From an uncultured Candidatus Rokubacteria bacterium (lineage in GTDB: Bacteria; Methylomirabilota; Methylomirabilia; Rokubacteriales; CSP1-6), in the NCBI GenBank assembly GCA_963754315.1, contig CAVWFS010000007.1, forward strand, positions 352,001-416,000: a stretch of DNA of 64,000 nucleotides. The letters run 5' to 3'. Of this stretch, positions 53,214 through 62,694 are shown piece after piece (within the stretch, counting starts at the first letter, position 1; each line of letters begins with the position of its first letter). The translations under genes were made by a program, and so were the position numbers. The notes below the pieces were generated by a model that worked only from the letters and a program-made list of their open reading frames with translations, ran no database searches and was not told where the DNA came from.

Positions 53214-53657
53214 CTACTCCTCTCCCCTCACCAAGGTGAAGAACTCCACCCGCGTCGGCGCCGAGCGGGACGTTGCGGCCCGCCTGCGCGCCTCACGACG
53301 TTCTGCCAGTGGCGTCACGACTTGCGTCTCCAGGTCACCTCGCCCCTCGCCGCTCTGGAGCAGGGCATCTAAAACGGCCGCGATCTCAGCGTGACGCAGG
53401 CTTCGCCCTCCAACATAGGCGTGGCCGACGGTCCCGTCGTCGAGGCGAACCGAGCAGCGAGCAACGGGCAATTCGCCTAGGTTGAATTGCATGCCCGTAC
53501 CGCCCGCTCGTCCCCGAACCATGACGAGGCCGACCTCGGGCTTGCGCACGAACGTGTAGCGCGGTTGGACCTCCAGCCGTTCCCACACAAGTTCCAGATC
53601 ACCCGGGGACGCCGTGGCGAGGACCGACATCCAGCAGCGCCGCGCGCCGACGTCCAT
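53214..53657 (-). CDS. phnG: C-P lyase subunit
   Basis: PEVGLVMVRGRAGGTG…FNLGE, TRVEFFTLVRG. Confidence 0.96.
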   Translation of the reverse strand: MDVGARRCWMSVLATASPGDLELVWERLEVQPRYTFVRKPEVGLVMVRGRAGGTGMQFNLGELPVARCSVRLDDGTVGHAYVGGRSLRHAEIAAVLDALLQSGEGRGDLETQVVTPLAERREARRRAATSRSAPTRVEFFTLVRGEE

Positions 53658-53659
53658 CC

Positions 53660-54550
53660 CTATTTCTGGGCTGCCAGCTTCTTGGCCGTCTCGTTGAGGT
53701 CACGGATGACCTGGTATTTCCCGTCGTCGGCGGGCACGAAGCCGCCCAGCCAGGCGCCGATCTCCTTGAAGACCTCGGGGTTACGGTCCTTCATGCTGAT
53801 CAGCGATTCCTGAATGGCTGACTTCAGGCTCGGCGGCAGATCCTTGCGCAGCACGATCGGATCGTTGGGAATCAGCTTGGACACCCAGATGACCCGGAGA
53901 CCACCGCGCGGCACCTTGCCCTCCCGCGTGAGCTGCTGCAGGTCGGGGAGGTTCGTCGACGCCACGTCCACCTTCTTGTTGGCGACGGCGAGGATCGACG
54001 CCTCGTGGGAGCCGGAAAACGTGAGCTTCGAGAAGAGCTTCTTGGGATCGACCCCCATCTCCATCATGAAGAAGGCCGAGGGAACCAGGTAGCCCGAGGT
54101 GGAGTTGGGGTCATTGAACGCAAAGGTCTTCCCGGCAATATCCTCGGGCCCAAAGATATCCGAGTCCGCATGGACGATCAGGCAGGAGCGATAACCGAGG
54201 GAGCCGTTGGCCAGCCTCAGTTGCGCGACCGGTTCCACGTTCGCGTAATTGTTGTTCGACGCCTCCACGTAGGACTTGGGCCCGAGGTGGCCGATCTCCG
54301 CCTTCTTGAACTTCAATGCCTCGATACTTCCCCGATAGTCGGTGGCGGTCGCGGACTTGACCTTGACGCCGAGGTCCTTCTCGAGTTGGGCTAGGATCGG
54401 GCCCCACCGCCGCGTGATCTCCGCGGCGTTCTCGGTGGACAGCAGCGCGAAGGTGACCTCCTTGGGCCAGGACGGATCGGCGGACAACGCCGCGCCCGCC
54501 AGAAGGAGAACGCCGCAGGCTGCCACGGTGAGCAAGCGGAACATACGCAT
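53660..54550 (-). CDS. phnD: phosphonate ABC substrate-binding protein
   Basis: DPNSTSGYLVP, GSHE, IPNDP. Confidence 0.93.
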   Translation of the reverse strand: MRMFRLLTVAACGVLLLAGAALSADPSWPKEVTFALLSTENAAEITRRWGPILAQLEKDLGVKVKSATATDYRGSIEALKFKKAEIGHLGPKSYVEASNNNYANVEPVAQLRLANGSLGYRSCLIVHADSDIFGPEDIAGKTFAFNDPNSTSGYLVPSAFFMMEMGVDPKKLFSKLTFSGSHEASILAVANKKVDVASTNLPDLQQLTREGKVPRGGLRVIWVSKLIPNDPIVLRKDLPPSLKSAIQESLISMKDRNPEVFKEIGAWLGGFVPADDGKYQVIRDLNETAKKLAAQK

Positions 54551-54562
54551 GAGAGCCTCCTC

Positions 54563-55378
54563 CTAGATGGCGGCCCGGCGGATCCGGGACGACACCACGT
54601 CGATGCACATGACCATGGCCACGATGAGCAGAATGACGGTGGCCGCCTCTCGATCGTTGAAGGAACGGATGGTATCCCAGAGATAGAAGCCGATTCCGCC
54701 CCCGCCGACCATCCCGATGACCGACGCCGAGCGGATGTCCGACTCGAAACGAAGGAGGATGAACGAGAGAAAGTTCGGCAGCACCTGTGGGACGACTCCA
54801 AGGGCGATGACGTGCAGGCGGGAAGCTCCCGTGGCGGCCACGCCTTCCACTTGGCCGGGATCGATCGCCTCGATGCTCTCGCTCAGCAGCTTGCCCAGCA
54901 CGCCGCCCGTGTGAATGCCGAGCGCGAGCGTGCCCGCGAAGGGCCCGAGCCCTACCGCCGTCACGAACATCAAGGCAAACACGAATTCGTTGACGGCCCG
55001 CAGCAGGTCCATGCCCCGTCGCGCGGCGAAGTAGATCACCGGGTGGGGTGCCAGATTGCGCGCCCCCAGGAGGCCGAGCGGCACAGCGATCAGGATGGCG
55101 AGAAGGGTGCCCCACAGCGCGATGCACACGGTGACGATGCACTGCCACGCGTACTCCCCGATGTGGGCGAACGACGGATTGAGATAGCCCTTGAGAAAGA
55201 CGCCGATGTTGCCTGCGTCGCGAACGAGCTCCAGCGGGCGAAGCTCGATGACCCGCGCGGCAAGGGCAAACACGACCGCCAGCGACAGAATGACGAAGAG
55301 ATTGCGCCCCGTATCCGACGGCCGTTCCGGCGCGCGAGGAAGGGGGCCGGACCGAACCGCCGTGTAGCCGCCGCTCAC
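54563..55378 (-). CDS. phnE: phosphonate ABC permease
   Basis: VGLGPFAG, GKLLSE, VGGGGIG. Confidence 0.93.
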   Translation of the reverse strand: MSGGYTAVRSGPLPRAPERPSDTGRNLFVILSLAVVFALAARVIELRPLELVRDAGNIGVFLKGYLNPSFAHIGEYAWQCIVTVCIALWGTLLAILIAVPLGLLGARNLAPHPVIYFAARRGMDLLRAVNEFVFALMFVTAVGLGPFAGTLALGIHTGGVLGKLLSESIEAIDPGQVEGVAATGASRLHVIALGVVPQVLPNFLSFILLRFESDIRSASVIGMVGGGGIGFYLWDTIRSFNDREAATVILLIVAMVMCIDVVSSRIRRAAI

Positions 55379-56196
55379 GTCCTGACGAGCTCTGGCGTGG
55401 CGAAGGGCAGCGGATGTGGTTCCGCCCCCGCCGGTTCATCGTCGAAGAGCTGGCCGAGCCCTCCCTGGTCGAGATGATCCGGGGGCCGATCGAAGATGAG
55501 CTGGCCGCGACGGAAGCCGAGGACCCTATCGGCGTAGCGCCGGGCATAGTCCACGTGATGCAGGGTGGTGATGACCGTCACCCCGGCTTCGGAGGCCACC
55601 TGCCGCAGTGTCTCCATCACCATGGCCCCATTGGCCATGTCGAGACTGGCCACCGGCTCGTCACCCAGAATGATCTGCGGCTGCTGGGCAAGGATCTTGG
55701 CGATGGCCACCCGCTGCTGCTCGCCGCCTGAGAGGGTATCGGTGCGCTGCCAGGCCCGGTCCAGCAAGCCCACGTGAGCCAGGCTTTGCAGGCCGACCGC
55801 ACGGTCAGGTGCGGGAAACCAGCGGGCTAAAGTGGCCCACCGACGCCAGCCGCGTACATGCGGCAGGCGGCCGATGAGCACGTTGTCCATCACCCGCAGC
55901 CGACGGACGAGGTTGAACTGCTGATAAATCATCCCCACCCGCGCTCGGTGGCCTTGCAATCGACGCCCGGACAAGGTGGCCAAATTCTGGTCACCGAACC
56001 AGATGGCCCCCTCCGTGGGGACGGTCGCGCGGGAGAGACAGCGTAGCAGGGTGGTCTTGCCCGCTCCCGATCGGCCGATGACGGCGACGAATTCGCCCGG
56101 GGTGATCGTCAACGAAACCCGATCCAGCGCACGCCGCTCGCCGAACTGCTTGCCGACACGATCGAGCCTGACCACGGGGGAGATGGCACTCGCCAT
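55375..56196 (-). CDS. phnC: phosphonate ABC ATPase
   Basis: GRSGAGKT, QQFNLV, LSGGEQQRV, DEPVASLD. Confidence 0.93.
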   Translation of the reverse strand: MASAISPVVRLDRVGKQFGERRALDRVSLTITPGEFVAVIGRSGAGKTTLLRCLSRATVPTEGAIWFGDQNLATLSGRRLQGHRARVGMIYQQFNLVRRLRVMDNVLIGRLPHVRGWRRWATLARWFPAPDRAVGLQSLAHVGLLDRAWQRTDTLSGGEQQRVAIAKILAQQPQIILGDEPVASLDMANGAMVMETLRQVASEAGVTVITTLHHVDYARRYADRVLGFRRGQLIFDRPPDHLDQGGLGQLFDDEPAGAEPHPLPFATPELVRT

Positions 56197-56244
56197 GACC
56201 GCCCCCACCCTACCCGGGACCGATTGCACCTCCACTGCGGTCGT

Positions 56245-56261
56245 GTGAAGCTTTGATGACG
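56245..56261 (-). promoter_or_regulatory. Pho-box-like site upstream of phnC
   Basis: Minus strand CGTCAT-CAAAG-CTTCAC, 11-bp period, close to the E. coli Pho-box consensus. Confidence 0.55.
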
Positions 56262-56457
56262 TCGCCCGCGTTCACTCGAGCTGCCAGACGCGCACCGGCA
56301 CCGGGTACCCCCTATTGTGTCGTGGGGTTGTTCCGGTACGGAACAGAGGCGCATGCGAAGGGAGCCGGATGTTCGAAATGCTGCGCAACGCCCGACCTAC
56401 TGGATCGGCCGCGAGTAGTGGGCGGCGCTGGCTAAGACCTCCGCCTCGGCGCCGCGC

Positions 56458-57438
56458 TCACGATGGGGCGGAACCCGGGAAACCGATCGGCCGTTCAGGG
56501 CCGCTCAACGGACGCGCCGTCGGGTACCCGCGCTCCTGCCAGGCGTGATACCCGCCAGCGAGTGGTCGGACACGCGTGATACCCCGACGAAGCAGCAGGA
56601 GCGCCACCCGGGCACTCGTCGCCTCGCTCGGTCACGTACAGTAGAGAACGATGTCCCGGTCACGGGGAATCTCTCCGTGGCGCGCCTCGAGCTCGTCCGG
56701 CGTGAGGTGGATCGCACCGGCGATCACGGCGGGTTCGGCCTCGTAGTCGAGTGCGTGACGGAGATCGACGATGGTCACCGCCTCCCCCGTATCGAGCCGT
56801 CCCTTGAGCTCCTCTGGGGTGATCCGCGCGATCCGGAGCTGCCGGATGAACCGCCGCCGATTGACCCACTTAATCAGCAGATAACCTCCCAGCGCCGCCG
56901 CGAGGAGGACGATCAGCCACTGACCCAGTCGCGCCACCTGGGCACCGACGACCTCGAGCTGATCGGCGAACACGTACCCCAGCCCCATGTAGAGGCCCAC
57001 CCAGAGGGTGGCGCCGAGCACGTCGAACACGAGAAAGCGGAGGCGGGGCATGCGAATGATGCCGGCAAGCGGCTGGGCCACCGTGTTGAGCCCCGGTACG
57101 AACTTTGCCACCAAGAGCGAGCGCGCTCCATAGCGAGTAAACTTGTCCTGGCTTTCACGGACGCAGGAATCGCGCTCCAGGGAGAGCCGGCAGAGGAAGC
57201 TCAGCACTTGGCGTCCGCGCCATCGGCCCACCTCATACCAGATCAGGTCGGCGAGGAGGCACCCGGCCACAGCAACTGCGATCGCGAGATCGAGCCGGCC
57301 CCGACCCGTTCCGGCGAGCGCCCCCATGGCGAGCAGCACCGGCTCGCCGGGCACGGGAAGTCCGACCTGCTCCGTCCACACCCAGGCGAAGAGGACCGCG
57401 TAGCCGTTCCGGATCAGGAAGCCGAGCACCTCATCCAC
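56458..57438 (-). CDS. DedA/VTT-rhodanese fusion, predicted selenoprotein (UGA at 56632-56634)
   Basis: DedA motifs (EQVGLPVPGE, AKFVPG). The rhodanese domain is interrupted at IVLYCT-TGA-PSEATSARVA and continues in frame RPLAGGYHAWQERGYP to a stop at 56458. Confidence 0.87.
56599..56617 (-). promoter_or_regulatory. bacterial SECIS-like hairpin
   Basis: GAGUGCC-CGGGU-GGCGCUC: 7-bp stem with one GU pair, loop starts 21 nt after the UGA, G at loop position 2. Confidence 0.7.
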
Positions 57439-57611
57439 GGAGCCTAGTATCTCCTTTCGCTGCGGGCACGCGGTCGCCAACAGCGAGGTCCTGTTGACAA
57501 ACCCTTGCGCCCCGCTTGCCACGTCGACCCAGATGGGCCGGACTCGTCGGCGCCGGTAGGCGAGGCGGCGAGCTCAGCTCAATGGCGGGCGATCGGCGTA
57601 GATCCAGTGCC

Positions 57612-57755
57612 TCACGATGGGCTCGCCCGTCCCTGCGTGTCCTTCGCAAGCGCTTCTCGCTTCTGGTCATGCTTGGTGACGTGCGCGTGCTGCCGGAGAT
57701 GCTCGCTCCCCCGATTCCACAAGGAAATTCTCGACGTAGCGCGACTCGTCCTGAG
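57612..57755 (-). pseudogene. C-terminal fragment of an MFS_3-type transporter
   Basis: RYVENFLVES / SEHLRQHAHVT across a frameshift, resembling the MFS_3 tail (ESWxEHLRQHxRxT). Confidence 0.55.
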
Positions 57756-57882
57756 GGTACGTGTAGATTCCAAGGAAGCCTCGTTCACAGTGGATGCTTG
57801 ATCAACGATCTTGCAAGAAGGCGCGACCTTGCGCGACACGCATCGCCGATCTTGCGGCGGTTCACTTCAGCGCCGGCGCTCC

Positions 57883-60351
57883 TCATGCGTCGACGCGAAC
57901 GTCGCCGCGGACCTTTGCCTGGCAGGCCAGGATGTAGCCGTCCCTCTTGTCCTGCTCGGTGAGCGCGTCCTCCACGGCCATGCTCACGTCTCCCGAGACG
58001 AGCCGCACGCGGCACGACGCACATGTTCCCGAACGGCAGGCGTTGTCGATGAAGACGCCGACTTCGTCAGCGACGTCGAGAATCGTCGCATTGGCCGGCA
58101 CCGGTGCCGTCGTGTCCGAGGCCTGAAATACAACCATGCCTGCGATCTCGGTAGATCGCGCGCGCGTCGCCGTGGGATCACGCGTGACGGTCCCGAACGC
58201 CTCGGTCCTGATCTGGGATTCGTGCACACCCAACCCAAGGAGAGCGGCCCTCACCGCGCCCATCATGGCAGGTGGGCCGCAGACATGCACCCTCCGCCGG
58301 GCAATGTCCTCCACCGAAGCAAGCAAATCGGCATCGATGTGCCCGCGCCTGCCAGCCCATGCCTCGCTTCCCGGTTTGCTCATGGTGACGGTGACGCTCA
58401 GATTGGGATTCCTGGCCTCGAGGGCTTCGACCTCATCACGAAACATGAAATCACGAGGTGCCCTGAAGCCGAGAATGAGGGAGACCTTTCCCGGCCAACC
58501 CGTCTCGGCGAGATAACGTGCCACGCCCATCATTGGCGTGATCCCCACGCCCGCGCCGACCAGGGCCACACTGTCCGCCTGCACCCCGTTGAAGCTAAAG
58601 GTGCCATTAGGCGCCTCGACCTTCACGTCGTCACCCACCCTCATCTCGTCGTGCAGAAAGCGTGAGACCAGGCCATGGGATTCGCGTTTGACCGTAATCT
58701 CGATTCGATCACGCCAGGTGGGCGTCGATGCCATCGTGTAGGAGCGCCGGGTCGGGATGCCTCGCGGCGCGAGATGCAGCGTCAAGAATTGTCCCGGCAA
58801 GTAATCGAAGGGGATCGTCCCGCCGTCCGGGGGTCTGAAACGGAATGTCTTCACGTTGTGCGTGACGTCTTCCACCTCGGCGAGCCTGAGGCTGCCGAAC
58901 CACCTGATTCTTCCGGTCGCCGGATCATTCCGCTCATACCGCGCGGGCATCGGCCGAAGCCGAGACGGTTCGGGCAGGATCTCGACGTTCTTCCGCCGTG
59001 GCCCGGCGGCGGGAAAGCACTTTCCGAAGGCCAGGAGCAGCTTGGGACTTCCCTTGACGCGGATCTTTCTTGTGATCAACGCCGCGATGAGGCGTCTCTC
59101 TTTCGCGAGGAAGCCGAGCCAGGTCCTTGCATCTGCGGTCACGTGGACGTCCGCCGCGCCGACCAGACCGTCCTTGATGTCAAGTGTTCGATTCCGGATC
59201 GTGATCGTCGCCTCGCGTCGTTCGGCGCCCGTGAACGTGAAATGAAAGGTGGCGTCGAGCCCACGCGATTGGTTGGGTTGGAAGACATGTGGCATGAGGT
59301 TGATCAACCCGGCAATTGAACGTGGCCGGAGCCCGTTGTCGACCGGCTTCACCGTCTTGTTCTTGAACTTACGGCGGGCGATCGCTTCCGCGTCAGACCC
59401 GGGGACGACATAGACGGGCTCGGCGCGCTCTTGCAGGGGCCTCACCACGTCGTTGAGATGTCGCTGCTTGTTCTGTAGGTAGGGACCAATGACATCCTCG
59501 CCTGCCGGACAGACGGCCATGCAGTAGGCGGACTTGTAGTTTGCGCCATGACTCAGGCTCTGCCACATTGATGATGTCTCGGACTCGCTGATGCGCCGGC
59601 GATAGTCGAGCGCATCGTGTGCATCGGCTACCTGCTCGACCCAATCAGCAAAGCCGCCCAGGAATTCGCGATAGTTGTGGGTAAAACAGGACGAGAAGTT
59701 GAACGACCCGTCTGGCCCGATGGCTCCCACCGGACACGCGGCGACGCAGAGCTTGCATTCCAGGCATGGGTTGTAATCGATGGGATGGTCGTAGTCGCTC
59801 GCTTCACACCCGATGAGGACGGTGCCCAACAGTACGAAGTTGCCAAATCTCGGGTGAATCAGGTTGCGATGAATACCCATGTGACCGAGGCCGGCCTCGA
59901 CTGCGATCGGTTTATGCGACACGACCCAAACCGCGCCGCCACCGACCTGGTACATCTCCATAGGGAAACCCATCGAGGGATTGACCGCCTGGATCCCGCG
60001 CGCCTCGAGTCTGGCCACCACGGCGGCGCTGATCTCGTTGACCTCCTCACCGGCTCGATGGAACTCCAGGTTGGCCACCGACCGAGGCGCCCCCCGCACC
60101 GGCTCGCGGGCCATGCGCACTACGAAGCTCAGCAGAGACCTGGTCCAGGGGTAGTTCCTCAGAATCTCGTCGCGTTGGGGGTCGAGCGCCGGGCGCGTGA
60201 GCTCAACGAGCCCTACGTCATCCGCTCCGCACTCCGTGGCGAGACGGCGTAACCATGCGCCCTCCAGGATCCTCGGGGTCTCGTGGTGGCGCTGAACTCC
60301 ACCGCTTCGTCCGGCCAGGCGACGAACAGTCGGATGATTTTCGAGTGCCAT
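57883..60351 (-). CDS. multidomain oxidoreductase: QueG/reductive-dehalogenase-like Fe-S domain + SCP2 + FNR-type FAD/NAD(P)H module + 2Fe-2S ferredoxin
   Basis: GADDVG, SHKPIAVEAGLG, CLECKLCVAACP, CMAVCP; SCP2-like ADVHVTAD…KIRVKG; RSYT, GVGITP, CGP; CRSGTCASC…ILAC. Confidence 0.85.
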   Translation of the reverse strand: MALENHPTVRRLAGRSGGVQRHHETPRILEGAWLRRLATECGADDVGLVELTRPALDPQRDEILRNYPWTRSLLSFVVRMAREPVRGAPRSVANLEFHRAGEEVNEISAAVVARLEARGIQAVNPSMGFPMEMYQVGGGAVWVVSHKPIAVEAGLGHMGIHRNLIHPRFGNFVLLGTVLIGCEASDYDHPIDYNPCLECKLCVAACPVGAIGPDGSFNFSSCFTHNYREFLGGFADWVEQVADAHDALDYRRRISESETSSMWQSLSHGANYKSAYCMAVCPAGEDVIGPYLQNKQRHLNDVVRPLQERAEPVYVVPGSDAEAIARRKFKNKTVKPVDNGLRPRSIAGLINLMPHVFQPNQSRGLDATFHFTFTGAERREATITIRNRTLDIKDGLVGAADVHVTADARTWLGFLAKERRLIAALITRKIRVKGSPKLLLAFGKCFPAAGPRRKNVEILPEPSRLRPMPARYERNDPATGRIRWFGSLRLAEVEDVTHNVKTFRFRPPDGGTIPFDYLPGQFLTLHLAPRGIPTRRSYTMASTPTWRDRIEITVKRESHGLVSRFLHDEMRVGDDVKVEAPNGTFSFNGVQADSVALVGAGVGITPMMGVARYLAETGWPGKVSLILGFRAPRDFMFRDEVEALEARNPNLSVTVTMSKPGSEAWAGRRGHIDADLLASVEDIARRRVHVCGPPAMMGAVRAALLGLGVHESQIRTEAFGTVTRDPTATRARSTEIAGMVVFQASDTTAPVPANATILDVADEVGVFIDNACRSGTCASCRVRLVSGDVSMAVEDALTEQDKRDGYILACQAKVRGDVRVDA

Positions 60352-60385
60352 AATCTCAACCCCCACTCGAAGGGTACCTCAGCTG

Positions 60386-60401
60386 GGTTGTACATACAAC
60401 C
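60386..60401. promoter_or_regulatory. palindromic operator candidate (MarR)
   Basis: GGTTGTACATACAACC near-perfect palindrome; related site at 60905-60920. Confidence 0.65.
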
Positions 60402-60409
60402 ACCTCGCG

Positions 60410-60901
60410 TCACGTTTCGGTCGAGCCGGGTGCGCGCGCCGCCCGTCCCGGATTGGCCACGCGGCGCAGGGACGCGACTCCTCTCTCGCCCAGCAATGGT
60501 CTGGTCTTCCTCTGCGCCTCGCGCCACGCGGGGAATGCCTCTTCCAGCAATCGCTGACCCGTTGGCGTCACGCTGAGGATCGTGGCGCGCTCATCATCAC
60601 CGCGGGCCTTGCTCACCCAGCCCTGCGCGCACATGCGCGCGAGGTCACGGCTCAAGGTGGACTTTTCCAAATGCAGCGCCCGGCCCAGGTCCTGTTGCGT
60701 GACGGGCGCACGACGGAACGCCATCACGAGAATGTTCATCTGCCCGATGGTCAGGCCGTGAGGACGTAGCTCACGGTTGTAAATGCTCGTCACCCGCCGA
60801 GTGAGTATCCGCAACCTCACCGCGATGCACGCCTCGGCAATGATCGCGGCCTTGGCCCGGACTGATCTCCCTGGACGCCCGCTCGCTCGTTTTGGCTTCA
60901 C
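60410..60901 (-). CDS. MarR-family transcriptional regulator
   Basis: LRPHGLTIGQMNIL…LEKSTLSRDL…DERA; GTG 60901 preferred over 60922. Confidence 0.88.
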   Translation of the reverse strand: MKPKRASGRPGRSVRAKAAIIAEACIAVRLRILTRRVTSIYNRELRPHGLTIGQMNILVMAFRRAPVTQQDLGRALHLEKSTLSRDLARMCAQGWVSKARGDDERATILSVTPTGQRLLEEAFPAWREAQRKTRPLLGERGVASLRRVANPGRAARAPGSTET

Positions 60902-60904
60902 CAA

Positions 60905-60920
60905 TGGAGTATATACAACC
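60905..60920. promoter_or_regulatory. second operator copy at the marR start
   Basis: Minus strand GGTTGTATATACTCCA. Confidence 0.55.
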
Positions 60921-61055
60921 ATCGGATGATCACGTTAGCGAGCATGCGGCTGTGCGAACGATCGTGCGGGAGTCTGGGCCTCGCGTTAACGTCTCAGGGC
61001 CTCGCGTCGATCGCTGGCGACGCGCTGCCGGAGCTGGATCGACGAGTGAGGGGTC

Positions 61056-61466
61056 TCACCGGCAAGCGCCCGTGGCGCGGCCCAGGAAGTTGATGAGGGC
61101 CGAGGTGTCGAAGGAAAACATCTGGGCCCGGGCGAGCTTCCCTTCACGCACGCGATAGAGGCCTAGCACCGGACCGTCGAATCGGTCCCCAGTCGGGCTC
61201 ACTCCACGCTGCTGCCAGAGGACGACGACCTCCTCAGGGCTGGCCGCCACAACGCGAGCATCCATTCTCCGCTCCGCCCCAGTCGGCTGCAGAGGGACCC
61301 ACGTGTCCACCCACGCGGAACCGGGGGAAGCACCGCCGTAGGGCAGCGATGGTGGCCAGTGGAACTCGACGTCGGGCTGGCAGAGCTCGAAGACTCGCTG
61401 CGGGTCGCGGCGCTCGATCGCGCTGAAGATCTCAAGCATGAGGTGGGCGTTCTCGCTGATGCTCAT
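61056..61466 (-). CDS. SnoaL-like/NTF2-family protein
   Basis: PDVEFHWPPSLPYGG…YRVREGKLA. Confidence 0.8.
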   Translation of the reverse strand: MSISENAHLMLEIFSAIERRDPQRVFELCQPDVEFHWPPSLPYGGASPGSAWVDTWVPLQPTGAERRMDARVVAASPEEVVVLWQQRGVSPTGDRFDGPVLGLYRVREGKLARAQMFSFDTSALINFLGRATGACR

Positions 61467-62071
61467 GACTCGTCTCCTTTCCAGAGCAGGTCCATGACAG
61501 CTTCGTACGTGGCCCGGATCAGCAGATCCACATGGGGCGGAGGGCTCTCCTCGGCCGCGACGTGACGACGGATTGCAGCAAACGGTGCCTCGATCACCGC
61601 GTAGGCGACCATCCGAACCGTACGCGCGTCCGCACGGCCGCAGAGGCGCCTGCTGAATGCATGGAGCTCGGTTTCAATCTGTAGCGCGAGCTGAGCAGCC
61701 CGGCGGCGGAAGGTGGCGGGCCACCCGCGGTCGACGAAGTCATCCCGCCGGTGGAGCAGGAGCAGTCGGGCCTCTCGCGGCTCCTCGCGGTCCCGCTTCG
61801 CCATGTAGAGCGCGGCCTTCAGCCCGGCTTCCCGCGGAACGGCGCCGGCGAGCCGCTCGAAGACAGCGTCCTGGAAGGCAGCGGCAGCGCGGAGCCACAC
61901 TGTGGCGAGCAGAACGTCCCGGGAAGCGAATCGGTGGTAGATCGAGCCCGTCGGCGCCCCCACGGCCTGCGCGATGGCTCCAATCGTGGCACCGGAGGGC
62001 CCGTGAGCAGCGACGATCCGGCTGGCGGCAGTTAGAATCTGATGCTCATCGAACTTCGGAGCCCTCGGCAT
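61463..62071 (-). CDS. TetR/AcrR-family regulator
   Basis: ATIGAIAQAVGAPTGSIYHRFASR. Confidence 0.9.
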   Translation of the reverse strand: MPRAPKFDEHQILTAASRIVAAHGPSGATIGAIAQAVGAPTGSIYHRFASRDVLLATVWLRAAAAFQDAVFERLAGAVPREAGLKAALYMAKRDREEPREARLLLLHRRDDFVDRGWPATFRRRAAQLALQIETELHAFSRRLCGRADARTVRMVAYAVIEAPFAAIRRHVAAEESPPPHVDLLIRATYEAVMDLLWKGDES

Positions 62072-62076
62072 GGAAA

Positions 62077-62092
62077 TAGAATATATGTTCTA
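62077..62092. promoter_or_regulatory. palindromic operator candidate (TetR)
   Basis: TAGAATATATGTTCTA, 5 nt upstream of the tetR ATG. Confidence 0.65.
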
Positions 62093-62385
62093 AATCATCT
62101 GTCAGGAGCTCTCAGTGCTTGGGCGCTTCATCAAGATGCTGGAACGATCTGCTCCACTGGTCCAGGCAGCAAGACAGCGACTCGTCTAGGATGCCCGACA
62201 CGAGGTCCCTGATGCGCGGCCAGCGCCTCCGACCGCACCACGAATCGAGAGCGCGCTCGGGTGCCTGGGCGCCCTCACGGCCGAGCTGGGCTCCGATCCT
62301 TATCGGCGCTTCGCGGCGCTCGAGCGCGCACGCCTCGCCACATGACTCTGTAATCGATATTGAGTCGAGCCGCAGCGGGAGGCTT

Positions 62386-62684
62386 TTGAAGTACACCTGC
62401 CTGGTATATCTTGTCGAGAACGACACTAACGCGATCTCCAAGAAGGAGGGCGGACGCCTGCGTCGAAGCCCGGCCTACGATGACGCCTCCGGAAGGCCGG
62501 CCACTTCGTCGTCGCCCACGCGCTACAGCCAGTCGAGAGAGGAATCACGACGGGTGCCCAACGGCAAGCGGTCCGGCTTGCTGCTGATCGAGGCCGGGGA
62601 TCTGAAGGAGACCATCCAGGTGGGCGCGAAGATCCCGATGGCCCGCGCGGGGGCATCGAGGTGCGGCCGATCAAAGAGCTTTGA
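62386..62684 (+). pseudogene. degenerate YciI-family paralogue
   Basis: KYTCLVY, GHFVVAHALQPV and LLIEAGDLKETIQVGAKIP are spread across frames; the GPF core is missing. Confidence 0.65.
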
Positions 62685-62694
62685 GGAGAATGCG

